A DNA stretch of 64,000 nucleotides from Pseudobdellovibrionaceae bacterium (GTDB lineage Bacteria; Bdellovibrionota; Bdellovibrionia; Bdellovibrionales; UBA1609), in the NCBI GenBank assembly GCA_023954155.1, contig JAMLIO010000003.1, positions 216,920-280,919 of the forward strand, given 5' to 3'. The position numbers and the translations under genes are program-made. This document shows positions 42,417-51,970 of the stretch, piece after piece; positions within the stretch are counted from its first letter, which is position 1; each line of letters opens with the position of its first letter. The notes below the pieces were generated by a model. It was given only the letters and a program-made list of their open reading frames with translations, had not been told where the DNA came from and did no database searches.

Positions 42417-44390
42417 ATGAAACACTTTATTTTAAGCACCCTCATTTTATGTATTTGCGGGATAAGTTTATACTTGAGCAAACCCTATTGGCCTTCGCTT
42501 TCAAACACCAATTCATCTGAAACCACCTCTACCTCTTTAAAACCCATAAGGGACATTGCTAGCAGCGGTAATTATTGTTTTTTATGTCAGTTTCCACCTG
42601 CCAAATTCTCAGATGCTAATAATCAAAAAGCTTGTACTGACCTATATGGCTCTATCTGTACCCCAGATAACCCTTACCTCAAGGCAGCTGAAAAGCAAGA
42701 AGACCAATCCTCGGAAACCATAAACCAAAACCGAGACAAAGCAGCACAGACATTAGGGTATAAAAATTTTGATGATGGACTTAAAAAACGTTTACAAGAG
42801 GCTGGAATTAAAATAAATCCCAATATCGATCCAGAAGCGTGGGCCGAAGCTCGAAATCTACTTCTCAGTCCTAGTGGTAGCGTAAGCGACGAGAGGCAAC
42901 AAGGCTCCCAGCTTGCAGAAATGGCAGGATCTTTATTTGCCGATTCCACAGAATGCAATCCCAACCCGCCCGATTCTCCTGCTTCTCGTGCTCGGCTGAA
43001 TCGTCTCAGACAACAAGTGCGAACTGACTATGCTCAAAAACGAAAGACTTTAATTCAATATTACAAAAATAATATTCCTGACTTTCTAGAAAACGAACTG
43101 TCCTCCAGATGTGCAATGCTCAGCATGCGTTCTGCTACGGAATCAAATAAGAATCCTGAGTGGACAAAAATATGTAACGATTTTACAAGAATTCGTCGAG
43201 AAGCCATTATGCTTTACAGAACCGAGGGCACACCAGGATACGAAGAAAAAGCCTTAGCCTTTGTCACCAAAAACTTCCCAACAACTCCTTTCTATACCCA
43301 CCTCCCAACAGATGAGGAAGCTACGTCCAGCGGCGGTTCACTAGGCTTAGAAACCATATCACAAGAACTCACTCTCACAATGCAATGTCAAAGTTACAAC
43401 ACAGCAATTGCTACTTCAGCCAAAAAGATAGCCACCAATTATGCCAGTGACGTTCAAAGAACACGAACCCATGTTGAATCCACAATTTCTTCTGTGTACA
43501 GTGAACGCAGAAAAAAAGTGGCTGACGAGTCTCTCAACCTATTGCGTGCTGATATTCAGTCTCTCGTTCCTCAACTGACCAATGACAGAGCCAAACAATC
43601 GAAAATCATTGAACAGTACAATAAATTAGAACTCTTCTGGCTTAAAAACCCGAACGCCAGTGCTTATAGTAGAAATGCACAAGGGGTAGACTCTTTAAGC
43701 CCAACGGCGCACAGAGGAGGAGAACCCGACCCTAGCGATGCGTCCTCACTTTTTTCTGATCCTTCTTTAAGTTTTTTCACCCATAAAAATGCTTACTATA
43801 ATCCTTCATCCACTCAAGGTGCTAAAAGCTCGCCAGAACAGGTTAATATCTTTCCAGGCTTTTTAAGTTTGCTGGATAGTAATCCTTATGCTTTTAGTGG
43901 AATTCTTGCCCATGAACTTGGACACAAGATCGGTCCCGAAATCAGTCAAATCAACGCCCACGATATGAAACCTGAATTTAGTGAGCTTCTGGCCTGTTAC
44001 AAAGGACGTGATTCCATCCGTATGCAAAAAAATCAAGAGGATGAAGTGATTGCAGACTTTGTTTCAAGTGAAGTTATGGCTCACCAAATTTCAAAATTAC
44101 CAAAAGCCCAACAACGATCCGCTGTGATGGCTATGGCCAGTACCTTCTGTGACGAACCACACCAAGGCATAGACTGCAAAGCAGAGCATCCTGAAGGGGT
44201 GTTCAGAGTAAACGGTATCCTTGCCAGTAATCCTAAGATCGCACAGGTCATGGGATGTGGTACTTCCCAAACTAACTTCAAACAATGTGGTATCAAAGAT
44301 TTAAGTCTTTCTGGAGACTCAGCAACGACACCTTCAGAAACGCCAACACCTAGAACAGAAACAACTGACGATGCAGGAGGTGCATATTGA
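42417..44390 (+). CDS. Secreted putative zinc metalloprotease (HEXXH)
   Basis: 657 aa with a signal anchor (ILSTLILCICGISLYLS). The single HELGH is at 43911-43925, in the context ILAHELGHKIGPE. No family could be assigned by eye. Confidence 0.45.
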   Translation: MKHFILSTLILCICGISLYLSKPYWPSLSNTNSSETTSTSLKPIRDIASSGNYCFLCQFPPAKFSDANNQKACTDLYGSICTPDNPYLKAAEKQEDQSSETINQNRDKAAQTLGYKNFDDGLKKRLQEAGIKINPNIDPEAWAEARNLLLSPSGSVSDERQQGSQLAEMAGSLFADSTECNPNPPDSPASRARLNRLRQQVRTDYAQKRKTLIQYYKNNIPDFLENELSSRCAMLSMRSATESNKNPEWTKICNDFTRIRREAIMLYRTEGTPGYEEKALAFVTKNFPTTPFYTHLPTDEEATSSGGSLGLETISQELTLTMQCQSYNTAIATSAKKIATNYASDVQRTRTHVESTISSVYSERRKKVADESLNLLRADIQSLVPQLTNDRAKQSKIIEQYNKLELFWLKNPNASAYSRNAQGVDSLSPTAHRGGEPDPSDASSLFSDPSLSFFTHKNAYYNPSSTQGAKSSPEQVNIFPGFLSLLDSNPYAFSGILAHELGHKIGPEISQINAHDMKPEFSELLACYKGRDSIRMQKNQEDEVIADFVSSEVMAHQISKLPKAQQRSAVMAMASTFCDEPHQGIDCKAEHPEGVFRVNGILASNPKIAQVMGCGTSQTNFKQCGIKDLSLSGDSATTPSETPTPRTETTDDAGGAY

Positions 44391-44794
44391 TTAAAATCAT
44401 TCTGACTCTTGTTACCTTAAGCCTGAGCCTTCCTTGCTGGGCTAAAAACACATCTTTATTTGAGGTTAGGTTTAATCAAAAAAATATCAACCATAAATAC
44501 GATTTACTTTTTAATCCTGCAAAACAACACTATATTTTAAAATCTGTACAAAACAAGAAGACTCACTTTAATAAACTCAGCGCCATGCAGGCTAAAAGCC
44601 TACAGAGTTATGTCAACTCTATTGCTTGGGACGGGCAATTCAGAAAACCCAGCTCCATTGCCAAATGTACAACCTATGTCACTTTAAAAAATACCACAGC
44701 TAAAGCGATTATCTGCAAAGAAGATTATGCCAATACAGGAAGAGCTCTAGGTCTGTTAAATGAATTGGATCGATTAACTTCGATGAAGAAATAA
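44387..44794 (+). CDS. Hypothetical secreted protein
   Basis: 135 aa. The TTG start overlaps the upstream stop. Signal peptide LTLVTLSLSLPCWA. Confidence 0.45.
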   Translation: MIKIILTLVTLSLSLPCWAKNTSLFEVRFNQKNINHKYDLLFNPAKQHYILKSVQNKKTHFNKLSAMQAKSLQSYVNSIAWDGQFRKPSSIAKCTTYVTLKNTTAKAIICKEDYANTGRALGLLNELDRLTSMKK

Positions 44795-44799
44795 GTGAT

Positions 44800-45309
44800 A
44801 TGAAGATTATAGTTTATACTACCCTACTTTCTTTCTTTTTACTTTGCACAGGTTGTTCAAAGATGACAGCGAGTAATGATGGAGATTCCATCGGAGAGGA
44901 CGTAAGAGTTAAAAGCATTACGGGAACCACCGATATTGGTTTTGGAGAGTCCTGGCAATTGAGGTGGGGAGAATGGAATCCTCCAGGCGTGGCCCGTCTA
45001 TTTATTACAAATGCCACTTTAACTCTGGAATCTGGAACCTTTGATGCCTTTGGATATGAAGTGGGCGAACCACCAGAATCCTTACCTTGCTCTCTTGCCG
45101 ATCTAGGAAATTATCGTATCATTACCGTGGTCAATACTGTTGGGGGGACTCCTCAACCTATTGTGAATAACATTTATAAAATGTACTTTGTCTTTCCATC
45201 AAGTGCTCACAACACTTATATCAACGCCAGTGTATGTCTTGCTCGAAATGATGTCGAAGGTGACCCGCACGAACTGCAAACGGCCAATGTTCATGTCAGA
45301 TTTCATTAA
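44800..45309 (+). CDS. Hypothetical lipoprotein
   Basis: 169 aa with lipobox LLCTGC. It starts 5 nt after the upstream gene. Confidence 0.5.
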   Translation: MKIIVYTTLLSFFLLCTGCSKMTASNDGDSIGEDVRVKSITGTTDIGFGESWQLRWGEWNPPGVARLFITNATLTLESGTFDAFGYEVGEPPESLPCSLADLGNYRIITVVNTVGGTPQPIVNNIYKMYFVFPSSAHNTYINASVCLARNDVEGDPHELQTANVHVRFH

Positions 45310-45486
45310 AATTATTTAGTGCAAATTCCGTACGCAGACACAAAGTGCCAGGAGTATTCATCTCGTTATTTTTAAGCAGCCTGCACAAAATTAAAGAGAG
45401 TGGAAGTCGGATTTTATAGACTATAACCTTCACAATAAAGGCGATTTCAAAATATATGATCACAAAGAAATTATATATAGGGTTTT

Positions 45487-47259
45487 TTAGGATTGTGTGA
45501 AAAAGGATCTGTTCTCGTTTATTTTTTTCACAATACTGTGAAGAGTCTTGGCTATCCTTGCATCAAATTCAGAATCATATTTTTGAATGAGACTTAATAA
45601 GCCTTCTGTTCGTATTTCCATACTTAAAGATAAGTCTGTCACTTGTGATAAAGCCATAGCAATGGGTTTACGCATTTCTACAGGAAGCCTTGAGACTAAA
45701 CTTCTTAACTCCAATATTTCCACACTGATATCAATGACGGTAAGTCCTTCATTTAAAATTGTAGGAATGTCCTTACCTATCTCTTGAGCATAAAACAACA
45801 TGCGTTCAATATCAGTGTACATGGTCATCATCCATTTGGGATCTAAAGGTGTTTGAATCAAGGTCACTTTTCTCAGTTCATAAAATAAATACCTACGCGC
45901 TAATGAATAACGCTCTTTTGCCATTTGAGGCATAAAAATCATGGTGATTATGACAGCAAATACAAGTGCCAATAAGAAAGCAAAATATTCATAAAAGATC
46001 ACTTCCATTGTAAAACCTGTTTGTCTAGAACAGATGGCATACATCACAATGGAGTAAATCATAATCCTGATATTTAAATACCCAAATTTAGGAACAAAAA
46101 CGAATAACATTCCTGGAAGGATCAGCAAGAAAAAAGCCCAAATCTCTACAGTGACATGTGCACCATAAAAATACATAAATGGAGCTACAATAAAAAAAGA
46201 TAAAATTTCAGCTGCAATCACATCTCGATAAGTCGCAATAGGCTGGTGAGAAGTGGCTAACATTCCCACATGGATTAAAGCAATCAAAAAGAAAGTAGCC
46301 CCAGCCTCTACACCTGAAAGCTGCCACATCACACCCGCTAGAAAACCCGCGATGATCACACGCAGAAAGGCAATTCCTCCCCCTTTCCAATTGGGCGATT
46401 CACTCAGAGCAAAATGCGGCGCGGGTTGATCTAATTTTTGAAATATATTTTTTAATTCAGGAAAATCTTCTTCTGTTCTATCGGGTGCAGGAAAAGTAAG
46501 ATCTCCTTTATTGATCAAAGCACGGGTTAAAGACAATATCGTATAAAGATTCCCCATTAAATACAGTGTCTTTTTGCGAATACGACCAATAAAAAATCTT
46601 TCAGATGAAGCATAAGAACTTAAATCATTCAGCGAGTTCAATTGGGAAATGGCTTCTGCATTTAGACGTCGTGACTCTAAGGATATTCCCTCTTGTAAAA
46701 CTTTACGCACCCAAACTCTAACGCTTTCAATGGCCTTTTGCGATTCTTCTTGTAAAGTTTTGCGTTCACTTTGGCTTTTGACTAAAAATAAACTCAGCAA
46801 ACCAATACAGACACCAATAAATGTCTCTAGGACTCTCATCGTGGAAACAGATGAAGCCTCTGCAAAGTCGTACCTATAACTGATCATATAAATGACAATG
46901 GTGGTGAACCCTGCCACTTGAAAGGCATATCCATTGATCACACGCCCAATACATGCAAACAAAGTGAAAAAAGCCATAATAGTGGTAAACAGCACAATGA
47001 TGATTTCAGGAGAATCGTCTATACCTAAATTGGTCAATGCCGCAGCAAAGACTCCTCCCACTAAGGTTCCCGCAAGCCTTTGCAGAGCTAAATGATAAGA
47101 GGCTCCTTTGGTCGGTTGTAAGATAATTAGAACCGTCATCGGAGCCCATAGAGGATAAGCAAGTCCCAATTGTATTGCAAAGGCGTAGGTCACAAAAGCC
47201 GTAAAACCACTAATAAGCGGAGTGGCCCAAGAACTCCAAACTCGACTCACCAACAACAT
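45487..47259 (-). CDS. FUSC-family (fusaric-acid-resistance / aromatic acid exporter-like) membrane protein
   Basis: 590 aa. PLWAPMTVLIILQPTKGASYHLALQRLAGTLVGG and a duplicated polytopic architecture are present. Confidence 0.7.
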   Translation of the reverse strand: MLLVSRVWSSWATPLISGFTAFVTYAFAIQLGLAYPLWAPMTVLIILQPTKGASYHLALQRLAGTLVGGVFAAALTNLGIDDSPEIIIVLFTTIMAFFTLFACIGRVINGYAFQVAGFTTIVIYMISYRYDFAEASSVSTMRVLETFIGVCIGLLSLFLVKSQSERKTLQEESQKAIESVRVWVRKVLQEGISLESRRLNAEAISQLNSLNDLSSYASSERFFIGRIRKKTLYLMGNLYTILSLTRALINKGDLTFPAPDRTEEDFPELKNIFQKLDQPAPHFALSESPNWKGGGIAFLRVIIAGFLAGVMWQLSGVEAGATFFLIALIHVGMLATSHQPIATYRDVIAAEILSFFIVAPFMYFYGAHVTVEIWAFFLLILPGMLFVFVPKFGYLNIRIMIYSIVMYAICSRQTGFTMEVIFYEYFAFLLALVFAVIITMIFMPQMAKERYSLARRYLFYELRKVTLIQTPLDPKWMMTMYTDIERMLFYAQEIGKDIPTILNEGLTVIDISVEILELRSLVSRLPVEMRKPIAMALSQVTDLSLSMEIRTEGLLSLIQKYDSEFDARIAKTLHSIVKKINENRSFFTQS

Positions 47260-47350
47260 CTAGTTCCTCACGATGACCACACATGAAAATGCGTGCATTA
47301 CTCTATTGAAGTTATATCATATTTTAAATTTAAAGCCACTGGACCCATCA

Positions 47351-49093
47351 TTAAGTCTTTAACTCTTCAGCAAAAATCTTTTCAGTGATCTTCCAAAATT
47401 TATCTTGCTTTCTAGCGATCACATACACTGGCATCCTAAAGTGCTTTTGTGCTGCAATCACCTCATCCACAGAATGTATGTCAAGGCGCAGTTCTGGGCG
47501 TTTCATATGAGAACGCAAAAAATTGATATTAAATTTTTTTAGATTATTTTGCCCATGAATAAAATGAACTTCTGATAAATATTTGGCATCAAAATCATAG
47601 TAACGCACTTCCAGATAGGGGTTTCCATTTTTATCCGTTCTTTCGAGCATCTCAACAGAATCAGGTTGTAAAATATGAGCATATTTGGAAAGCCTAGCTT
47701 GTTTTAATTTGGCTTCAGCGTCCACCAACTCGGCCTTACATTTATGACAGGCACGGGCCGTGATGTCGTTCTCTTCTCCGCAGTTGTAGCAGATCTTTGA
47801 GCGAAACCGATACCCGCAGGGTTTAAATTCGTAGGTGTCCTGATCAAAAACTCCCCCACGACATTTGCGTCCATAATGTTCTAACACCTGTCCTTGATTG
47901 TCTGTTTTCCCCCAAAAGTCGTTTGCAAAGCCACATTGAGGACACATCACTTGCACGGGTACAGAATCTTTTGTGGTCTTTTTGTCATTGATCTCTGGTG
48001 CAAAGATGTCCATTTGCATGCCTGTGTAGTCTAAAATAAAGCAGTCTTTTTTAGATTGATCTAAACGCAGTCCCCGTCCAATAATCTGTTGATACAAACT
48101 TATGGATTCTGTGGGTCGTAAGATTGCGATCACATCGACATGAGGGGCATCAAACCCTGTCGTTAAAACTGATACATTCACTAAATATTTAAATTTTTTA
48201 TTTTTAAAATCCTCAATGATCTGATCACGTTCAGAGCTTTCCGTCTCGCCGATTACAATTCTAGCTTGTCCTTTGGGAAGACTCTCTAAAATTTCTTGTG
48301 CATGTTTCACTGTGCTACTAAAGATCATCACTCCCTGTCTATGATAGCTCTCTGTGATATCCACAATGTTCTTCACAATTAAAGGCGTGAGTCGTCGTTG
48401 TTTTCTTAAGACTTCTTCTATATCCGCCTGAGTATAAGCTTTCTCGCTTTCAAATAACTCAGAAAAATCATAACTCGTCACAGGTATATCTACTTTAACG
48501 GGTTGTGTGAGGTATTTATTTTGAATCATATATTTCAACGGTAACTCAAACACACACTGTTTAAAAAACCTAGGCTCCGCCGTGTTCATCACACCCTTGT
48601 GACTGTAATTGTAAATCCACCCCGTGCCCAAACGATAAGGCGTGGCAGTTAATCCTAAAACACAAAGGCCTCTGTTGCGTTCACGTAATTTTTTAATCAC
48701 TTGGGAGTATTGTGATTCTGACTCCAAACCCACACGATGACATTCATCAATGACCAGAAGAGTGAAGTTTTCAAAAAAACCATCCTGTGCGTTAGCTACC
48801 GACTGGATGCTACCAAAAATGACTTTTTGATCCTTATCTTTTTTATGTAAACCAGCTGAATAAACGCCAGCTTCTAAACCATAACTTTCGTATTTCAAGT
48901 GATTTTGCTCAACGAGTTCTTTGACATGGGCCAAAACCAACACTCGGCCTCTGGCAATTCTTGCTAGTTCTGCAATCACCAGACTTTTCCCCGCACCTGT
49001 GGGCAGCACGATCACCGCAGGATCGCGTTTTTTTTTGAAATAATTGATCGTATTTTCTACCGCTTCACGCTGGTATGGGCGAAGTTCATACAT
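47351..49093 (-). CDS. radD: SF2 DNA repair helicase RadD (YejH)-like
   Basis: 580 aa. [49 protein letters not shown] and C-terminal zinc ribbons ([20 protein letters not shown]) are present. It appears near-collinear with E. coli RadD as I recall it. Confidence 0.75.
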   Translation of the reverse strand: MYELRPYQREAVENTINYFKKKRDPAVIVLPTGAGKSLVIAELARIARGRVLVLAHVKELVEQNHLKYESYGLEAGVYSAGLHKKDKDQKVIFGSIQSVANAQDGFFENFTLLVIDECHRVGLESESQYSQVIKKLRERNRGLCVLGLTATPYRLGTGWIYNYSHKGVMNTAEPRFFKQCVFELPLKYMIQNKYLTQPVKVDIPVTSYDFSELFESEKAYTQADIEEVLRKQRRLTPLIVKNIVDITESYHRQGVMIFSSTVKHAQEILESLPKGQARIVIGETESSERDQIIEDFKNKKFKYLVNVSVLTTGFDAPHVDVIAILRPTESISLYQQIIGRGLRLDQSKKDCFILDYTGMQMDIFAPEINDKKTTKDSVPVQVMCPQCGFANDFWGKTDNQGQVLEHYGRKCRGGVFDQDTYEFKPCGYRFRSKICYNCGEENDITARACHKCKAELVDAEAKLKQARLSKYAHILQPDSVEMLERTDKNGNPYLEVRYYDFDAKYLSEVHFIHGQNNLKKFNINFLRSHMKRPELRLDIHSVDEVIAAQKHFRMPVYVIARKQDKFWKITEKIFAEELKT

Positions 49094-49125
49094 AGTCTGG
49101 TATTATATATTACTTTGAGTCTGAA

Positions 49126-49485
49126 TTAAGCTTTTTTCACAAATTCTGATTTTAAATTTATCGTTCCCAGCCCAGGAATCTTTGCACTGATATTATGACC
49201 ATCCCCACCATCTGTGATGCGAATGCCCTTTACTTTGGTTCCCCCTTTTACACTAGAGGAGGCCCCTTTGATTTTGAGGTCTTTTAATACAATGACCGTG
49301 TCACCTTCATTTAAGGTCTGTCCATGGGCATCCCTTACAAGTGAGTCCTCTGCGGAAGGAGCCACGTCTGCTTCACCTGCATCGAGTTGGCTCCACTCAA
49401 AAGCACATTCTGGACACACCCATAATGTGCCATCCATATACACATGCTGTGAATTGCACTGTGGGCAAATCGGATCGGTACGCAT
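49126..49485 (-). CDS. yjdM: PhnA/YjdM-family zinc-ribbon protein
   Basis: 119 aa. CPQCNS...CPECAFEW plus a C-terminal SH3-like region (DAHGQTLNEGDTVIVLKDLKIKG...). Confidence 0.85.
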   Translation of the reverse strand: MRTDPICPQCNSQHVYMDGTLWVCPECAFEWSQLDAGEADVAPSAEDSLVRDAHGQTLNEGDTVIVLKDLKIKGASSSVKGGTKVKGIRITDGGDGHNISAKIPGLGTINLKSEFVKKA

Positions 49486-49507
49486 GAAAATCTCCCTTGA
49501 ATCTCAA

Positions 49508-51955
49508 CTATAAGCCTAAATTCCATTTACAAGATAAAAATTCGGATAAACTTTCTTCTTGTGAAGGATTTAAATATTCATCTAACAAGGCCGCTTGGTG
49601 CACTCTCGCAGGCTGACGACCATTGCTAGTCCTATTTTCTAACAGACGCAGGCTTTCAAAGGTAGGCGCATCCACCCAAAGTTTGGATTCATATTCCACA
49701 TTGTCCACAATAAAGCTCATAGTCTTATTGGCAGCACTGTATTTCACTATAAACAGATGAGGAGCCGTATTGAATAATGGTCCACACAGCACGTGTTGCA
49801 CATTCTGATCGTTCGCATAAATTCTAAAACGATCCTCACAACCCGAAATAGGCCCACCTTTATCTAATTGCCAAGACCCTACCGTATTTTCATTATCAGA
49901 AGAACTAAATAAAGAGCTGTACTCTGGCGCACCAGCGTCTGTAGCTTGAGCCACAAAAGCAAAAACAAAGTCCCCACTGTAAGGAACAATATCTACGCCC
50001 ATCGCTCCAGTGCCATCGCCATAAACATAAGAGTCTTTCGTCACAAAAGCTCCCGCATGAGTATCTGGGCTATAGATCAAGTTTGTATCTAGGGCTAACA
50101 TGTCATACATATTTACAGTATCATCCAGCCATATTCGCACAGCACCCGTAAATCCCACATTGTCCGCAGAAATACCATTTTCATCTACAATCGTAGACTC
50201 ATCCGAACTGTCCAAATCCATCAAACGACTAAGGCTTGTCATGGGACTGATACAAGAAAAATTCCACGCCGAACTTGTGGCGACAATAGATTCATGACCT
50301 GCAAAGTCCACAACCTTTAAGGAAATATAGTAATCTGTTGCGGGCTGAAGATTAAAGCTTGCTCCCCCCACACCATCATGTCCTTGATAGGAGTTCACGT
50401 TACCTATTCCCATAAAGGCCTGAACGTCATCATCTCCAAAAGTTGTTCCCACAGCCCACATCACTTGAGCAATACCACAAGAGTCATGTGCAGGAGTCCA
50501 ACTGAGGTTAGGCGTACGGCCATTCATAGCCGTGCCCGATAAAGTCAATACCGTAGGAGCTTGTGGCGCCACGGTGTCCACATACACAGAGAATACTGTG
50601 GTAGGTAAGATAGAATAATCAGGGCTTTGATTATAACTGTCCACGATCATTCCCCCATTATGAATGATAGAGGCCACCGTAATCGCGCCGTCACAGTCTG
50701 TGTCTGAAGCAACTATTGTAAACTCAAAAACTAAAGTGTCTGTGCCCGAACCCGAAACGTAACTGGCCTGCTTAGTCCCTGAATTCAGAGCCAACGGCAG
50801 ATAGGGCGTTCCTCCCGCAGTGTTGACAAACACAGGTTCGTCAAACAGCAAGGACAATGACACCGTATCACCCACTTCGTACCAACCGTCAGAATCTCCA
50901 TCTGTGGAACTTAAACTCAAGGATAAGGCCACAGGATCTAAGTCATCTAAAATATTAAGTCTACTGTTCACTCGACCTGTATTCGTGTTTCCCGCCAAGT
51001 CTTCAACTTCCCCCGCCTCGACACTTAAAATCAGCAGACCCACATCTGGAGAAGTGACTTCTACATCACAGATTTTAGCATTGCATGTCGTCCCTGTACC
51101 TCCATTGACCACATTGATCACGCCACTGGTGGATGTGACCTCGTAAGACCCCGTAAAGTGATCCTCTAAAATAGAAATGGTAAATGTCGCCGCTTCGCTT
51201 TCGTAAACCGTCCCCCCATTAGTGATGGAAATCAGAGGCGCTACGTTATCTATGGGTAAACTAAAACTTGTTGTTGCCAAAGAAGGGTTACCATTGGCAT
51301 CTACACTGCTGATCACAATGGGATTAGGATCAGAAGTGCTTGTTCCAGGTGAAAACCGAAGCGTTACAGGCTCTGAAACACCCGCAGAATGACAAGTGTG
51401 TGTTTGAATTCCTGCAACTAAACCCGTCCCATTAAAAACTACAATCTCACCTACTTCACTACAAGTGATGTGGGCGTCCCATACTGTCCCTGCAACAAAA
51501 CTTTGATCTGCTAAAGTGGGCGCTGAAGCGATTGGTGTAAGATCAACAGACGGAGAGTCAGCAGGCAGTACTACGGCCACCATCGAACCTTGAGAGATAC
51601 TTATGTCCAACGTGCTTGAAGTGATTCCCAAAAGATTAAGAGTTCCAGAAAAATATCCATTATTTTGACCGTGCTGATAACACGGAAAACTGGCCACTAC
51701 AGTAGGTGTTCCTACACTGACCACTACATTCCCAGCATGAGGATTGCAAACGCCACCAATAGTGTAACCACTAGCATTTGCCAGATTCACATTGTCCAAA
51801 GGCAGGATGACTCCAAAAGTAGATACAGGAAAGGTTTCGTCATTATCAAAATCATCATTTATACGTGAATGGTTACTTTCAGAAAGAGGATTTTTACATC
51901 CGCTTAAAACTAAGACACTGATAAGGCATGCTAAAACTAAATTGATCTTTTTCAT
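49508..51955 (-). CDS. Large surface lipoprotein with repeated Ig-like beta-rich modules and a LamG/ConA-like C-terminal region
   Basis: 815 aa with lipobox VLSGC. The composition is Thr/Ser/Val/Gly-rich and repetitive. The C-terminal ~200 aa have a LamG-like pattern (weak). Confidence 0.5.
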   Translation of the reverse strand: MKKINLVLACLISVLVLSGCKNPLSESNHSRINDDFDNDETFPVSTFGVILPLDNVNLANASGYTIGGVCNPHAGNVVVSVGTPTVVASFPCYQHGQNNGYFSGTLNLLGITSSTLDISISQGSMVAVVLPADSPSVDLTPIASAPTLADQSFVAGTVWDAHITCSEVGEIVVFNGTGLVAGIQTHTCHSAGVSEPVTLRFSPGTSTSDPNPIVISSVDANGNPSLATTSFSLPIDNVAPLISITNGGTVYESEAATFTISILEDHFTGSYEVTSTSGVINVVNGGTGTTCNAKICDVEVTSPDVGLLILSVEAGEVEDLAGNTNTGRVNSRLNILDDLDPVALSLSLSSTDGDSDGWYEVGDTVSLSLLFDEPVFVNTAGGTPYLPLALNSGTKQASYVSGSGTDTLVFEFTIVASDTDCDGAITVASIIHNGGMIVDSYNQSPDYSILPTTVFSVYVDTVAPQAPTVLTLSGTAMNGRTPNLSWTPAHDSCGIAQVMWAVGTTFGDDDVQAFMGIGNVNSYQGHDGVGGASFNLQPATDYYISLKVVDFAGHESIVATSSAWNFSCISPMTSLSRLMDLDSSDESTIVDENGISADNVGFTGAVRIWLDDTVNMYDMLALDTNLIYSPDTHAGAFVTKDSYVYGDGTGAMGVDIVPYSGDFVFAFVAQATDAGAPEYSSLFSSSDNENTVGSWQLDKGGPISGCEDRFRIYANDQNVQHVLCGPLFNTAPHLFIVKYSAANKTMSFIVDNVEYESKLWVDAPTFESLRLLENRTSNGRQPARVHQAALLDEYLNPSQEESLSEFLSCKWNLGL

Positions 51956-51970
51956 TTTACTCTCCCTACC

